This document shows, one piece after another, positions 39,970-51,221 of a stretch of 64,000 nt of DNA (the stretch's first letter is position 1; each line of letters begins with the position of its first letter). Location: the NCBI GenBank assembly GCA_051047955.1, contig JBPGPT010000052.1, positions 1 to 64,000 of the forward strand. Reading direction: 5' to 3'. The position numbers were made by a program, and so were the translations under genes. The notes under the pieces were generated by a model. The model saw only the letters and a program-made list of their open reading frames with translations. It had not been told where the DNA came from and ran no database searches. The stretch is from Cystobasidiomycetes sp. EMM_F5 (Eukaryota).

Positions 39970-41127
39970 TCAGCCAACCCAATCACAGAGGTTCCGGCTT
40001 TGCTCAAGACCCACCATGTCTTTCAAAGCTTCGGGAAAGTTGGCATACTCGGCTCCGCGTACAGTCAACGCGTAAGATGCTGATAGTGAAGACATGATAC
40101 TGTCAGAAGTGTATATATCCATATCTGATACTGTACTCACTATCCTCCAGCTTACGCAGACTGCTTCGAGATACTTTCAGTTTGTCAAACATGTGCTAAA
40201 TGTCATTGTCAGAAGGAGCATACTATATCGCTCGACTACAGCTAGCTCACCCTGACATTCGGAGCCAACGGGTCCAAGCCTGTCACGGTGTCACACTATG
40301 GTAAGCCAGGGGGCGCTGAGTACATTCGGAACCCTCGTGAGTACCTGCGATGCATGACCTGACAAACGCAGCCATCTGTCGAGTAGTCTTGGCCAAGTCG
40401 TGCGGGTCTGCCACTTTTCCCACACTGTTGACGCCGTAACTAGAGGGCAAGCTACAACATCAGCTGGAGCGCTGGTAAAAGAAGAGCCTGTGTGTTCACC
40501 GCATGACTTCGCCTGTCAGGTCCGCTATCCCAAGCAGGTAGTCGTCTTCTGTCAAGGGCAGAGCCATTTGCTGTCGAAGTTGTTCGAGCATCATGAGGCT
40601 GTACGAGGAGGATAGAAAGTGCATAAAGGTCGCTGCTTCGACCTGCGTATCCGGACATTAGCCTGCTTCGTCTTTGATACATACTGCCGATAGACTGCCT
40701 ACATATTCCTGAAGACCTGGCGAGATCTGACGTTGATACCTGGATTGCGCAGCCCAAATCAGATTGCAAGAACAATCACAAGTCTGCCTCACTCACCGCC
40801 AGTACCGCTCTCCGCTCAGATCTTGCTGCAGGCTGGCCATCAGCCGTCCAATCTCTTCGAGCTTTGGCTTTGCTTCTGCCAACACTGCCGCTGGTTTGCG
40901 CTGCGTTACTCTGTGGAGATGGAATATGAGCTTCTTGGAGAGGGCAGTGATGTCGCGCGACGTCTTGATGATTCGCTCTCGCCGGTCGTAGCTGTGACGG
41001 AGGATATCAGTCTTCGTTGTAAGAGCCGAATAAATGCAACAGACTGCTCGTCCAGCTCGACTGAGAAGGCATGAAAAGCTTGGGCGATGCTCGACGTTTC
41101 AGACGCTGCCGGCGGTTCCGAGTCCAT
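39970..41127 (-). CDS. TSNAX: Translin-associated factor X (TRAX), many short exons
   Basis: Spliced translation gives ELDEHYDRRERIIKTSRDITALSKKLIFHLHR, ISPGLQEYVEA, EDDYLLGIADLTGEVMR, SLRKLE and YALTVRGAE. Confidence 0.9.
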
Positions 41128-41251
41128 GTTTATGGGTCACGGTCAAGATGCAAAGACTGAAACAATGACAAGGCTTCCAGGATTCATGTCTTTTATGTGA
41201 CTCTGACTTCTCCTCCTTCTTCATCGCTACACTGCTCTCTCTCTCTTTCTC

Positions 41252-42460
41252 TCAAAGCTGCAAGTTCTGCTTCATAGTCTCCCAGCTCGCAAAGCCCCGC
41301 TGGGCCAATTCTTGCGGAATGCCCGACGAAGTATCATTCATCTGGCGATTAAACAGCTCAAAGCTGATCCATCCCGTAAAGCCCGTCTTCAGGAATGCTT
41401 GCACAACTTTCTCAATGGGCATGAAAGCTCCGCGTTCTGTTTCGTACGGAAACAGACGGCAGTTCCGGGACCAGCTCATCCGGGCGGGCTGCGTTGCGAC
41501 ATAGTACGGACTCCCGCTGTCTTTTGTGATTGGCTTTTCGAGTCGTTCACCATCCACGACTTGCAGATAAAAGACTCGGTCGCCAGGTATGGCATGTACC
41601 AGTTCCTCGATAGATGCATGCAACCTCTCTCCCCCGTCTGGTCGAGTAGTGCCCGGAACAGATGGGTCCGCATAGTCGTAACCGGCAATATGGAAGCTGT
41701 CGAGGACCACGCCAAAGTTCGGACGGTCGACTCTAGTGACAATGTCCCAGCCAGTCTGCCAAGTGTACACATGAGTACCCCAAGCTAATGCCTCGTAGGC
41801 AAGACGTATGGGCGGGTTCTGCTGAGCAGCAGCGTCCTACGAGTCAACGTCAGATCTAAGGAGCCCGATTGTAACGTCGGCCGTAAAGACTCACGGCAAG
41901 CTCCCTCAGGTCACTGACAATCTTGTCGAGGTCGCCCGTGATCCCATCGTCAAGGCGGAAATTGGAAGGGATTTGCATCAGGTCTGTTCCTAGGTGTCTG
42001 CAGAGCTGAGATTGCATGCGAAACGTAAGTACACGCTGGTTGTACCGAGGAGCACACGTATGAAACCATCGCAGCCTACTTCGAACCAGAGAATAGCATC
42101 GTTGAGCCTTGCTTTGTGTTCTTCCGGGTCAATGATGCCGTCGTAATGGAGGAATGGCTGCAGCACGACGATATCCAGACCGAGCTCCTTTGCGAGCTTT
42201 GCAGTCCGCTTTGCCGCTTCCCGCAATTGATTTGGCAGGTTGTCGCCCGGCAATGACTTGGCGTATCCTTCGAGACAGGCGTAGAAGATCTGGGAGATTA
42301 TTCAAGATCATTAGCAGCCCGCTAAATCATTATCAAGCTACGCCTACTTCAATCCCCTCAAAGCCCGCCTGTTTCGCTATGCGGAGCTTCAACGGCAGAT
42401 CGTGACCGGCTGCAGCATGTCCCATCGACATGCTGGAGATGGCTGGCCTGTATTTCCCCA
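41252..42460 (-). CDS. 3-dehydroshikimate dehydratase (qa-4/QutC type, xylose-isomerase-like TIM barrel)
   Basis: PAISSMSMGHAAAGHDL, GFEGIE, LQPFLHYDG, AYEALAWGT, RPNFGVVLDSFHIAG, ARMSWSRNCRLFPYE and GWISFELF. Confidence 0.85.
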
Positions 42461-43098
42461 TCGTTGGCAGTATTTGTTGGTCAGAAGACGAGCGAAATGT
42501 CCTCGAATCAAGCTTCATTTCAATTGATGATGGATGAATTGTTTTATCTGATTTCGGCATTGCAAAGACCGGACAATATACTAAGCACAACAGAAAAAGC
42601 AGCTTTAGATACTACAAAGGGCTTATACTTTCGAGCGGGAGGGCGAAAGTATAGACTAGACCAGATAGAAGCTGCGATTGACGGTACTTTGCCGTATGCG
42701 CAAAGTCGTCGGAGCAGTCTCCGCAATTTGCAGATGGCAGTGTATGCGCGATGGAAAGCAGATATTGACAAACCTGCTCCCAAGCATGCACTCTCTGCGA
42801 TTGTCCAGCCGCGACGCTACCTTCAAATTTCTTCAACAACATAGCCATCAAACTTACAACGATGTGCGTGCAAAGACGGCTGATATCCTCAAGGAGCAAA
42901 GTAGAAGCGGTATCTAGTGGACGTGGTGGTTTTCAAATGGACTCATACTGAGTTGAGCGCAAGGCCGGTGCAATGGCTCGGGTCTATAATTGTGAGCCTT
43001 CACGAGGTTTGCGTGTGCTCCTCGTCAGTCCTGTAAACAACCAGATCAGAGATAAGCTGCAGCAAGTTATAGTAGGCCATCAGGTGTGGTCGAGCACG

Positions 43099-43126
43099 AG
43101 TCAGTATTGACAAGTCAGTATTGACA
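43099..43126. repeat. Perfect 14-bp tandem duplication AGTCAGTATTGACA x2
   Basis: Read directly from the sequence. Each unit contains the dyad GTCA-N4-TGAC. Confidence 0.9.
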
Positions 43127-43391
43127 AGCTGCCATCGTCTGCGGGGATGTGACCAGAAACGGCGGACACTCGGCGGGCATCAGCGATTCCTGTGGTGATT
43201 TCGCGAGCGAGCGAGCGTGGAGTATCCTGAAGGAAGAAAGTATCAGAGTGTTTGTGAGCAGTTCGTGTCAATGGTAATGCCGTTAGTAAATGACCGTCTT
43301 GTTGAATGTCGACCTCGGTACAACAGGCAATGTGAGCATGAGCAGGGCCATCCCCAGCATGGCATGGTTATGATATCAATGATATGATACT

Positions 43392-46300
43392 ATGAGCATG
43401 TCGCATCCAGACTCGTCGCCCTTTGTCAGCGAGCCAGGCCATCCAACCGCGACATCGTCCAGGCCATCAGCAGCATTATCAGCATCATCAGCATCATCAG
43501 TATCGCCGTTATCAGCTCTGCAAGGCGCAGCAAGCAGGAACGGCATGGGAAACCATTCCCTGATACAGTCAGTCAGTCTTGACAAAGATATGCAACTCGC
43601 GCTGATGTTTGTGATCTTGATGCCCATTCTAACGCATATCCTGGGACATACTGCCCCGCGCTGATTGACTAATGATAATCTGTCAATGTATAAAGGCTCG
43701 TTAGCGCTCTGGGTCTGCAGGAACAGTATGGCGACGACAACGACGGGGGAAACAATGACGGCGATGTCGATAATCAAGACGCCAGTGTGGATCCAGACGC
43801 CAGCGTGGATCCTACATTCTCCGAGAGGCACTCTCATCCTCACGAACCAAATGCTGAATACCCGCCGACGCGTACAGGCAATCAGCGCACGTCAGGACGA
43901 GGTGGACGGAGCCTCTCCCATGACCAGCTCGACTTGGCTTCCTCGATTCACGCAATCTACGCTCCCATAAGCATAGATCGTAGTCGACGTCGCAAGCAGT
44001 ACTCTCGCACAGCATCGCTCAGTCCAGTGCGAGCACTTGCGCCGATACGGGAGACTGCTGTCACTCAACCCCGCGATGCAAGTAACCGCCTCGTCGATAT
44101 CACGGACGCCGCCGTTATAGAACACGATGGTGCAGACTCGCACAAGCCTAGCGCAACTGTGGCCATAGCAGCTGCGCTGGACGCTACGAATCGTACTATC
44201 CCCTCTGTACCCATCCAGGTTCAGAGCGTGCATCGGGAGCGCGTATCGACACCTGACGATCAAGAACATGATAACGCTGTCAGCACAAGCGCGCCGGGCA
44301 GCAGCAGACGTATCACACTCGCTGAAAAGCTTCGCGAGATCTTCTCCCTGGAGAAGCCAGAACCCATCATAGGCGAATACCAATGCTGGCTCCTTCGAAC
44401 GGTACTGCTACAAGGGTTCTTGTACGTGACCGCTGGACACCTGTGCTTCTATGCTTATCTTCAAGGCAAAGAAGGGCTTACAACACGCTCTGGATCCCTC
44501 AGCAAACGCTCTTCCAAGACGCGCTTGTACTATCGCTTATGGTTTGTCCTAAAGGACAATGTACTCTCCTGGTATCCGTCCAGCAAGGACCCCTACTTTC
44601 CTATCGATCAGATTGACATGCACTACGTCACGTCTATAGATTTATCCACCTCGAATCCGGCTCAGTTCAGCGTCAGGACGTCCAAGAAACGCTATCATTT
44701 CAGCTGCGAGTCGCAACTGTCGGCAACGGAATGGGTCAGGGTATTGAAAAAGACAGCCTTCAAAGCTCAAAACCAGGGTGAAAGCGTCAGAATAGCCATC
44801 CCATTAGAGACCATCATTACCATCGAAGCTGCCACAGATTTAGGGTTCGCTCAGAATACCATCAGGGTGCAAGTGCAGGACACTGAATCTGGCGACTCAT
44901 CAGAGATGAGCGAATACTATCTTACATTCTCCCAAGACACCAAGGAGACTGTCGAGCTGATCCAATCGGCGGTAGAAGACGCAAAGCAGAGTCTTCAGCA
45001 ACTCAAAGACTCTGATGCTCCAGTGTCCTCCATTGTCGATACCACTGCCAGTACCCTGAGCGAGATTGGCAAATCCAGTAGTACGATAATAGCAAAGCAG
45101 AAGTCTGTGGCCGTCGAGGACCTCTTCCCTTCAGCCGCAAAATCGTCACGGCATGCTCAGGCCAGTCGATCGGCAAACCAATCGTTTGCACAAGCAAGGC
45201 CGTATGACAGTGATAGTGACAACGAAATGGATGGCGACCAATCTCCGAGCCAGTCTCTGCTGTACTCCAAGCACGTCTATCCACCTGAATCAACTCAACC
45301 GTACGGAGAGATAGAGCAGACCACTTGGGGCAATACACTATCGCGTGGCTGGGGGATCCAGCAATGGGTCAAAGGGAAATCTCGCCAAGTACTGACCATG
45401 CCAAACAAGCTGCATCTGGCACCTGTGAAGCCACTGAGCTTCCGGACAGTGTCGGAAATAGTCTCCATGCCATCCCGATTCCTTTCGCGCGAAAGTCGAC
45501 GCGTCCAGACGGGTGTTGTCAATCGCGAGATTGTGCCGGACGGTGAACAGGGTGAGGATGCTGAAGTCAGGCTATTCTTTAGTCTGGGAGCGAATGAATC
45601 GATCCTCGCTCGGCATCACGCCTATCTATATCGAGGACTGCCGATATATGGCCAGCTGTATGTTACGACCGCGCATGTCTGCTTCAGATCATCGGGAGTT
45701 GTATTCAAGACAAAAGTATGTGACGCTGAAGCTGCGATACCACACATCGCTTAGACAACTGACGGCGTACAATAGATGATCTTACCTCTCAAAGATGTCA
45801 TCGCAGTCCAAGTCTCTCGAGCGTACCGCTTCGGCTACTCTGGTCTCGTCATCGTTGTCCGCGGGCACGAAGAGCTGTTCTTCGAGCTGTCAAGCAAACA
45901 CAGGCGAGATACAATTTTGGCTCACGCGGAGAAGCGATTACTGGCGACACGTCAAATGCTTGTATCTGCTGCGCTACCGCTGCTCAGTCAAGAGGAAGCT
46001 CAGGCCCAGGCTTTAAAAGACTTACAAGTCTCGAAGGAGTCCATCAGCCTACCGACAAAGATTGATGTCACATCGCCTGTAATGTTCTCCTCTACATCGT
46101 CCACCTTCCTGACTTTTACTCCGCCGAAGCCTCTGCGCGGTAGGGAGAATCTCACAGACATTTTATGAGTATTTCTGACGGACGCCGCAGTGACGTGCCT
46201 TACCATCGGCTCGCGAGGAGATGTGCAGCCATACATAGCGCTGTGCATAGGTCTGATGAAAGATGGACATCGCTGCAGAATAGCTTCGCACCCAGAGTAC

Positions 46301-47902
46301 CGTGACTGGGTAGAGAGCTACGGCATTGATTTTCGACCAGTCGGAGGAGATCCTGCAGAACTCATGCGGTGAGTCAGTCTCTCGATGGGTTCAGCCACAC
46401 TGATTCTGATATGACGTTTGTAGAATCTGTATCGAGAACGGAACATTCACGGTAGCCTTCTTGCGAGAGGGCGTCAGCAAGGTACGTCGGACACTCCTTG
46501 GTAATGCCTTGTATACTGAAATTTGTGAAGTTCCGAGGATGGCTCGATGAACTTCTAACGAGTTCGTGGGACGCATGCCAAGGGACTGATTTACTTATTG
46601 AGAGTCCGAGCACGATGGCCGGCTGTCACATTGCAGAAGCTCTCAGTGTCCCTTTCTTCCGCGCTTTCACCATGCCCTGGACCCGTACGCGGGCATATCC
46701 GCATGCCTTTGCTGTGCCAGACACTAAGCGGGGCGGCAACTACAACTACATGACATATACCATCTTTGATCAAATCTTCTGGCGTGCAATCTCTGGTCAA
46801 GTCAATCGCTGGCGTAGGAATACTCTCGGTCTTCGTGGCACCAATTTCGACAAGATGGAAGGACATCGTGCACCATTCTTGTACAACTTTTCGCCGGCTG
46901 TCGTGCCGCCTCCCCTAGATTGGATGGAATTTGTTCACGTTACGGGATATTGGTTTCTCGAAAACGCAGATACTATCGGCAAGGGCAATTGGCAACCTCC
47001 GTCAGCATTGGTAAAATTTATCAAAAGGGCAAGATCTGCTGGCAAGAAGCTGGTGTACATTGGATTTGGCTCGATCGTAGTGGCCGACCCTGATGGTCTA
47101 AGCCGAACAATCATCGAAGCCGTCAATCAGGCCGGCGTCTGGGCCGTTGTTTCGAAAGGATGGTCTGATCGAGGCGACGCTACCAAACGCGCAAGTGCAT
47201 CCCCTGCAATGCCTGCTACTATAAGAAATCCGGCAGTCGTAGACAGCATATTTAATGTTGACAGTGTGCCGCACGATTGGCTGTTCGCTCAAGTTGACGC
47301 GGTATGCCACCACGGGTGAGCCGGGAAACAACCTTAGAGAGATTGGCGACTTGGGCTAACAACTGTGTCGCGACGATAGCGGTGCTGGGACGACTGGAGC
47401 TTCCTTGCGAGCAGGCCGGCCCACCATCATTCGACCGTTTTTTGGCGATCAGTCGTTCTGGGCAGAGCGCGTCGAGTCGCTACGTGTTGGCATCCCGCTA
47501 CGAGACTTGACTGTTCGCACGTTGGCAGACGCTTTGCATCGCGCTACGACAGACGCGCTGCTCGTACAAAGCGCAGAGCAACTAGGTCGACAAATACGTA
47601 AAGAGAACGGCGTCGCCACTGCTATCGAAAGTATCTATCGAGACCTTGAATATGCAATTTCTCTCGTCAAACCGAAGGAGCCAAATCGTATTCGAAACGA
47701 AGAGCAGAAAGCGTCGCAAACTGATGACTCTTCTGAGTGGGACATGCTATCTGATCCCGACTCGACTTCAAGCGAGGCATCCGAACAGGCGCGTGAAGAA
47801 TACTCAGTGTCGCTTCCTGACAGCTGGCAATCTGACAGTGATGGTCGGAGAACCCCATCCCCTCCAGAACCTCGTAGGCTGGCAGACCGCGAGTTTGTGT
47901 AA
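43392..47902 (+). CDS. ATG26: Sterol 3-beta-glucosyltransferase (GRAM, PH and glycosyltransferase domains)
   Basis: [18 protein letters not shown] domain [48 protein letters not shown] and PFFGDQ. First exon joined through intron 43568-43695. Confidence 0.95.
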
Positions 47903-48213
47903 TGCCACCTTCAGTTAACTCCACATATTCGAGTCGAATTATGTAGCATAGAATGGTGTAGCCGTAAATAAACAGCCCAGCCTGTGCAGCAGAGACGGCT
48001 CCATTGATAAGTTCAATATGCTACTCGATGTCGTTTCGGACTTGTCTGCAGCATAATCTGTGTTGCGTGTTGACGGCAGAGGCCGAAGTGCAATGTTGAC
48101 GTGGCTCGACGATGTTCCCTGACTTTAGTGCGGGCCCAGATTGGGTCCGTAGCAGACACCACATCGAACATTGGGCTTGCATTAGCGAGTTTCAGCAGAA
48201 GCGGTGCTGCCGT

Positions 48214-51110
48214 TCATGAAGCATTTGGCATTGAGAACGAGCTGTCAAGCCGCCCAAACAGATTTGAAACAGGACCGGGAAGCCCAGCTTGAGCTTGAAA
48301 ACTTTCCAAAAAGTTCTTGACCATACCATAGTCTATACTGCTCTCATTTACCGGATCATCAGGATCTGATTTGAGCGTTTGCGCAAGTTCTGCTTCCATT
48401 TCTGCCAGCACCGGGTCGTAATCGGCGCCATCGTCAGAGCTGTCATCTTCGATTACGACGCCTTCCGCTGATTTGCGGGTGGGCTTGCTGCTCTCTGCAA
48501 TCCCTGTTGAGGAGGGAGCTGTTCGTGAACCGCGGGCCTTCTGCACTTCGGCATCCATGGCTGCCATTACCGCTTCAAAATTGTCCAGTTTCGCATTCCG
48601 AAAGGGCGGTGCGATGTCGCGTACAGCTTTTCCACGCACTTCCCCATGGATCTTGGTAGGTAAGTTCTGCGTGTCCTCTTTCTTTCCTGCCTGCACTGTG
48701 CTCATCGGGCGTTTCTTGACCGGCAACGGCGCAGTACCGGCAGATTCGGTAGAGTTGCCTGAAGCCTTCCGTTTTGCGACGATCTCATCGTATTGCGTCG
48801 AAGTCAGGCCAAGTGCTTCTCGCGCAAAGTTAAGGAACTCCTCCATATCTTGCTGAGCGAAGGGTATACGATCCTGATCTCCATCGCTTCCTAGTCCATC
48901 CTCGTCTAGTTCACTATCGGCTATCGCTTTAAAACGTCTGGGCTCTTCATCTTCTGATTCGATGTCCGAATCGTCGGAAGCACCATCATACTTTTCGCTT
49001 TCGAGGCGGGGTGTCATGCGTTTGACGTCGGACTCCGTAGCGATAGATGTCTTTGCCTTCATCTCGCGAGGCAGCGCTTTACTGTTATCTCTGCTACCGA
49101 GTAGCTGTGCAGCTTCAGCGGCAGCAGCCCCCCATTCCGCCTCTGCAATAGGCTCGACAAGATTAAGCAACTTTCGCTTGCGGCTTTCCGGATTAGCTGG
49201 ATTTGGTGCCCCTGCGACCACATCCTCGTACAGACCGTCGTCACTGTCGTCTTCATCGTCATCAAAGTTGTCTTGCTCGCTGCGGTAAAATTTAGCGGTG
49301 TCTGATTGTGGACATATTGAAAGCGGGGACTTACTCCTCCAGCAATGCTCCTTCGAGATCGCCTTCGCCATCGATGAAATGCAGAAATTGATCCGACATA
49401 CTTTGAAGTTGGCGAGCTTGCTCGTTCGCCTGCGCTTCTTCATCGTCAAGATCCACTTTACGTTCCGCTGCATCGGATGAATCGACGTCAACCCGATCTG
49501 GGTGACTCTGTCCGCCAAGTTTGGCTTGTAATATTCTTTCCAGTTGGGCGGGATCAATGTAAAGCCAGGCATCGTCATCGTCGCGCAAGGCCTGTTTTCC
49601 GTTTGATGGCTCATGACTTGCTGACCCCGCTATATCAGCGCTTGTAGAAATTGCATCTACCGTCTTGGCAAAAGTTGCGCTGCTGGTACTATCGGTGGCC
49701 TGTAGCACCTCCCAGTAGCGCTCAGCTTCCTCCTCCAATGCAGTGTAGACTTTTGACCCTGCGATTTCCCCTCGAAAATATCCAGCATTTGTCAATGCTA
49801 CCAAGAAGCGCAAGTAAGCAGGATTCCTGGCGGAAGGCGCATTGGTCCCTCCGACAATCGTGTCATCACGGCCAGTCCTCCTGACACGCCCATTCCCGTT
49901 GCTCGTTTCGCCATACAGTATCTCAAAGCCGACAGCAATTTTCACTCCAATGTCTGTGGATTTGTCCTGTAGAGAGCGCTCCTCTGTCGCGGCATCGACT
50001 TTCCACCCCGACTTCTCGAATACGCGAGGCGGGTAAAATCGCTGACTTCGTAGCTGTGCGTACAGAGCTCTCGTCATTTTCACACTAGTCTTGCGAGCCG
50101 GGCAAGGTGGGAAGCGGCGCATCCATTGAGCGTATTTGCGCAATTGTATGGCGTCTCTTTCGTAAAATGCAGCGACGGCAGCAGAGATGAGCGAGGGCTG
50201 TTGTTCCAGAGCTTTAGCGATGGAGACTGGCAACAAGGCGGCAGCGTGGTGCGAATGCGGCGTGGCGAGAGTTGCTGTGATGCGAGCTTGAATCGCTTCA
50301 TTAACAACTGGATAAGCGGGTATAGTTTTGATCTCAGCTGTGAGAATGACTTTCATGGCATCATCGGTAGTGATTTGAGCGGACGTATCGCTGCGCGAAT
50401 GTGTGGCATCGGCTGAGCTGGTAAAATACTGCAAAGGCACGAGATGTATGCTTCCATTCCGGATCCAGACCTGAATACACACATGTCAGCGTATGGCTAC
50501 CGATCGTGGGCTTTACTGATTGCCATACTCTGTTTGCAGCATTCTCTGGCGTAATCCAGCTTGGGAGAACGTCGGCCGCTTCGATGAGCAAGAACTGGCC
50601 GTCCGAGTCGTGGATATCGATAGCCACATCTGGCCATTTCTTGGATATCTCCAGGAGCAGGTAGACAATCCACCACTCGTCTTCGACGGATTCGCCTGTT
50701 CGGGTTGAGCCTTCGAGACGAGCTATTGCGACGTCTGTCTTGCTTTTGGGGGAATATTTCGACGTAGCCGAGTCAGCTGGGTGTAGGGAGAATGGCTCTC
50801 GTTGCCAGATGTAGATGCCTTCGCCGTTATGGCTTGCGCAGAGCTCATCGACGTATTGGAGTATTTCAGCCGTGAGAGCGTGTAGGGCTGCCTCGTTTCC
50901 GACAAACGAGGACTCGTTATCGTGATCGTCAGCATCAGCTATTCCATCGTCTTGTTCGCTGTTTGCGGCATCGTCCACGCCGTCTGAATCGCCAATCCGC
51001 CTATATCTTGCCAGATATCTAGCTGGGAACCGCAGGGAATAGCGGCATATGCCTTCCTCGCTGTTGCCGTCATGGCGGACTGTCCCATTCGTGCCATTGT
51101 CGACGTCCAT
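48214..51110 (-). CDS. ECD: Ecdysoneless (ECD / SGT1-family) protein
   Basis: [61 protein letters not shown] and C-terminal NFLESFQAQAGLPGPVSNL. Confidence 0.92.
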
Positions 51111-51221
51111 GAATTGCGACGAGTTGGAGAAGAGAAGAAACTTGAAACGACAAACAAGAAGGTTTGAAGATATCTTTGCTTTTGGTCCAATTGGCTTGTA
51201 ATTCCCGACAATACTGCTGAT

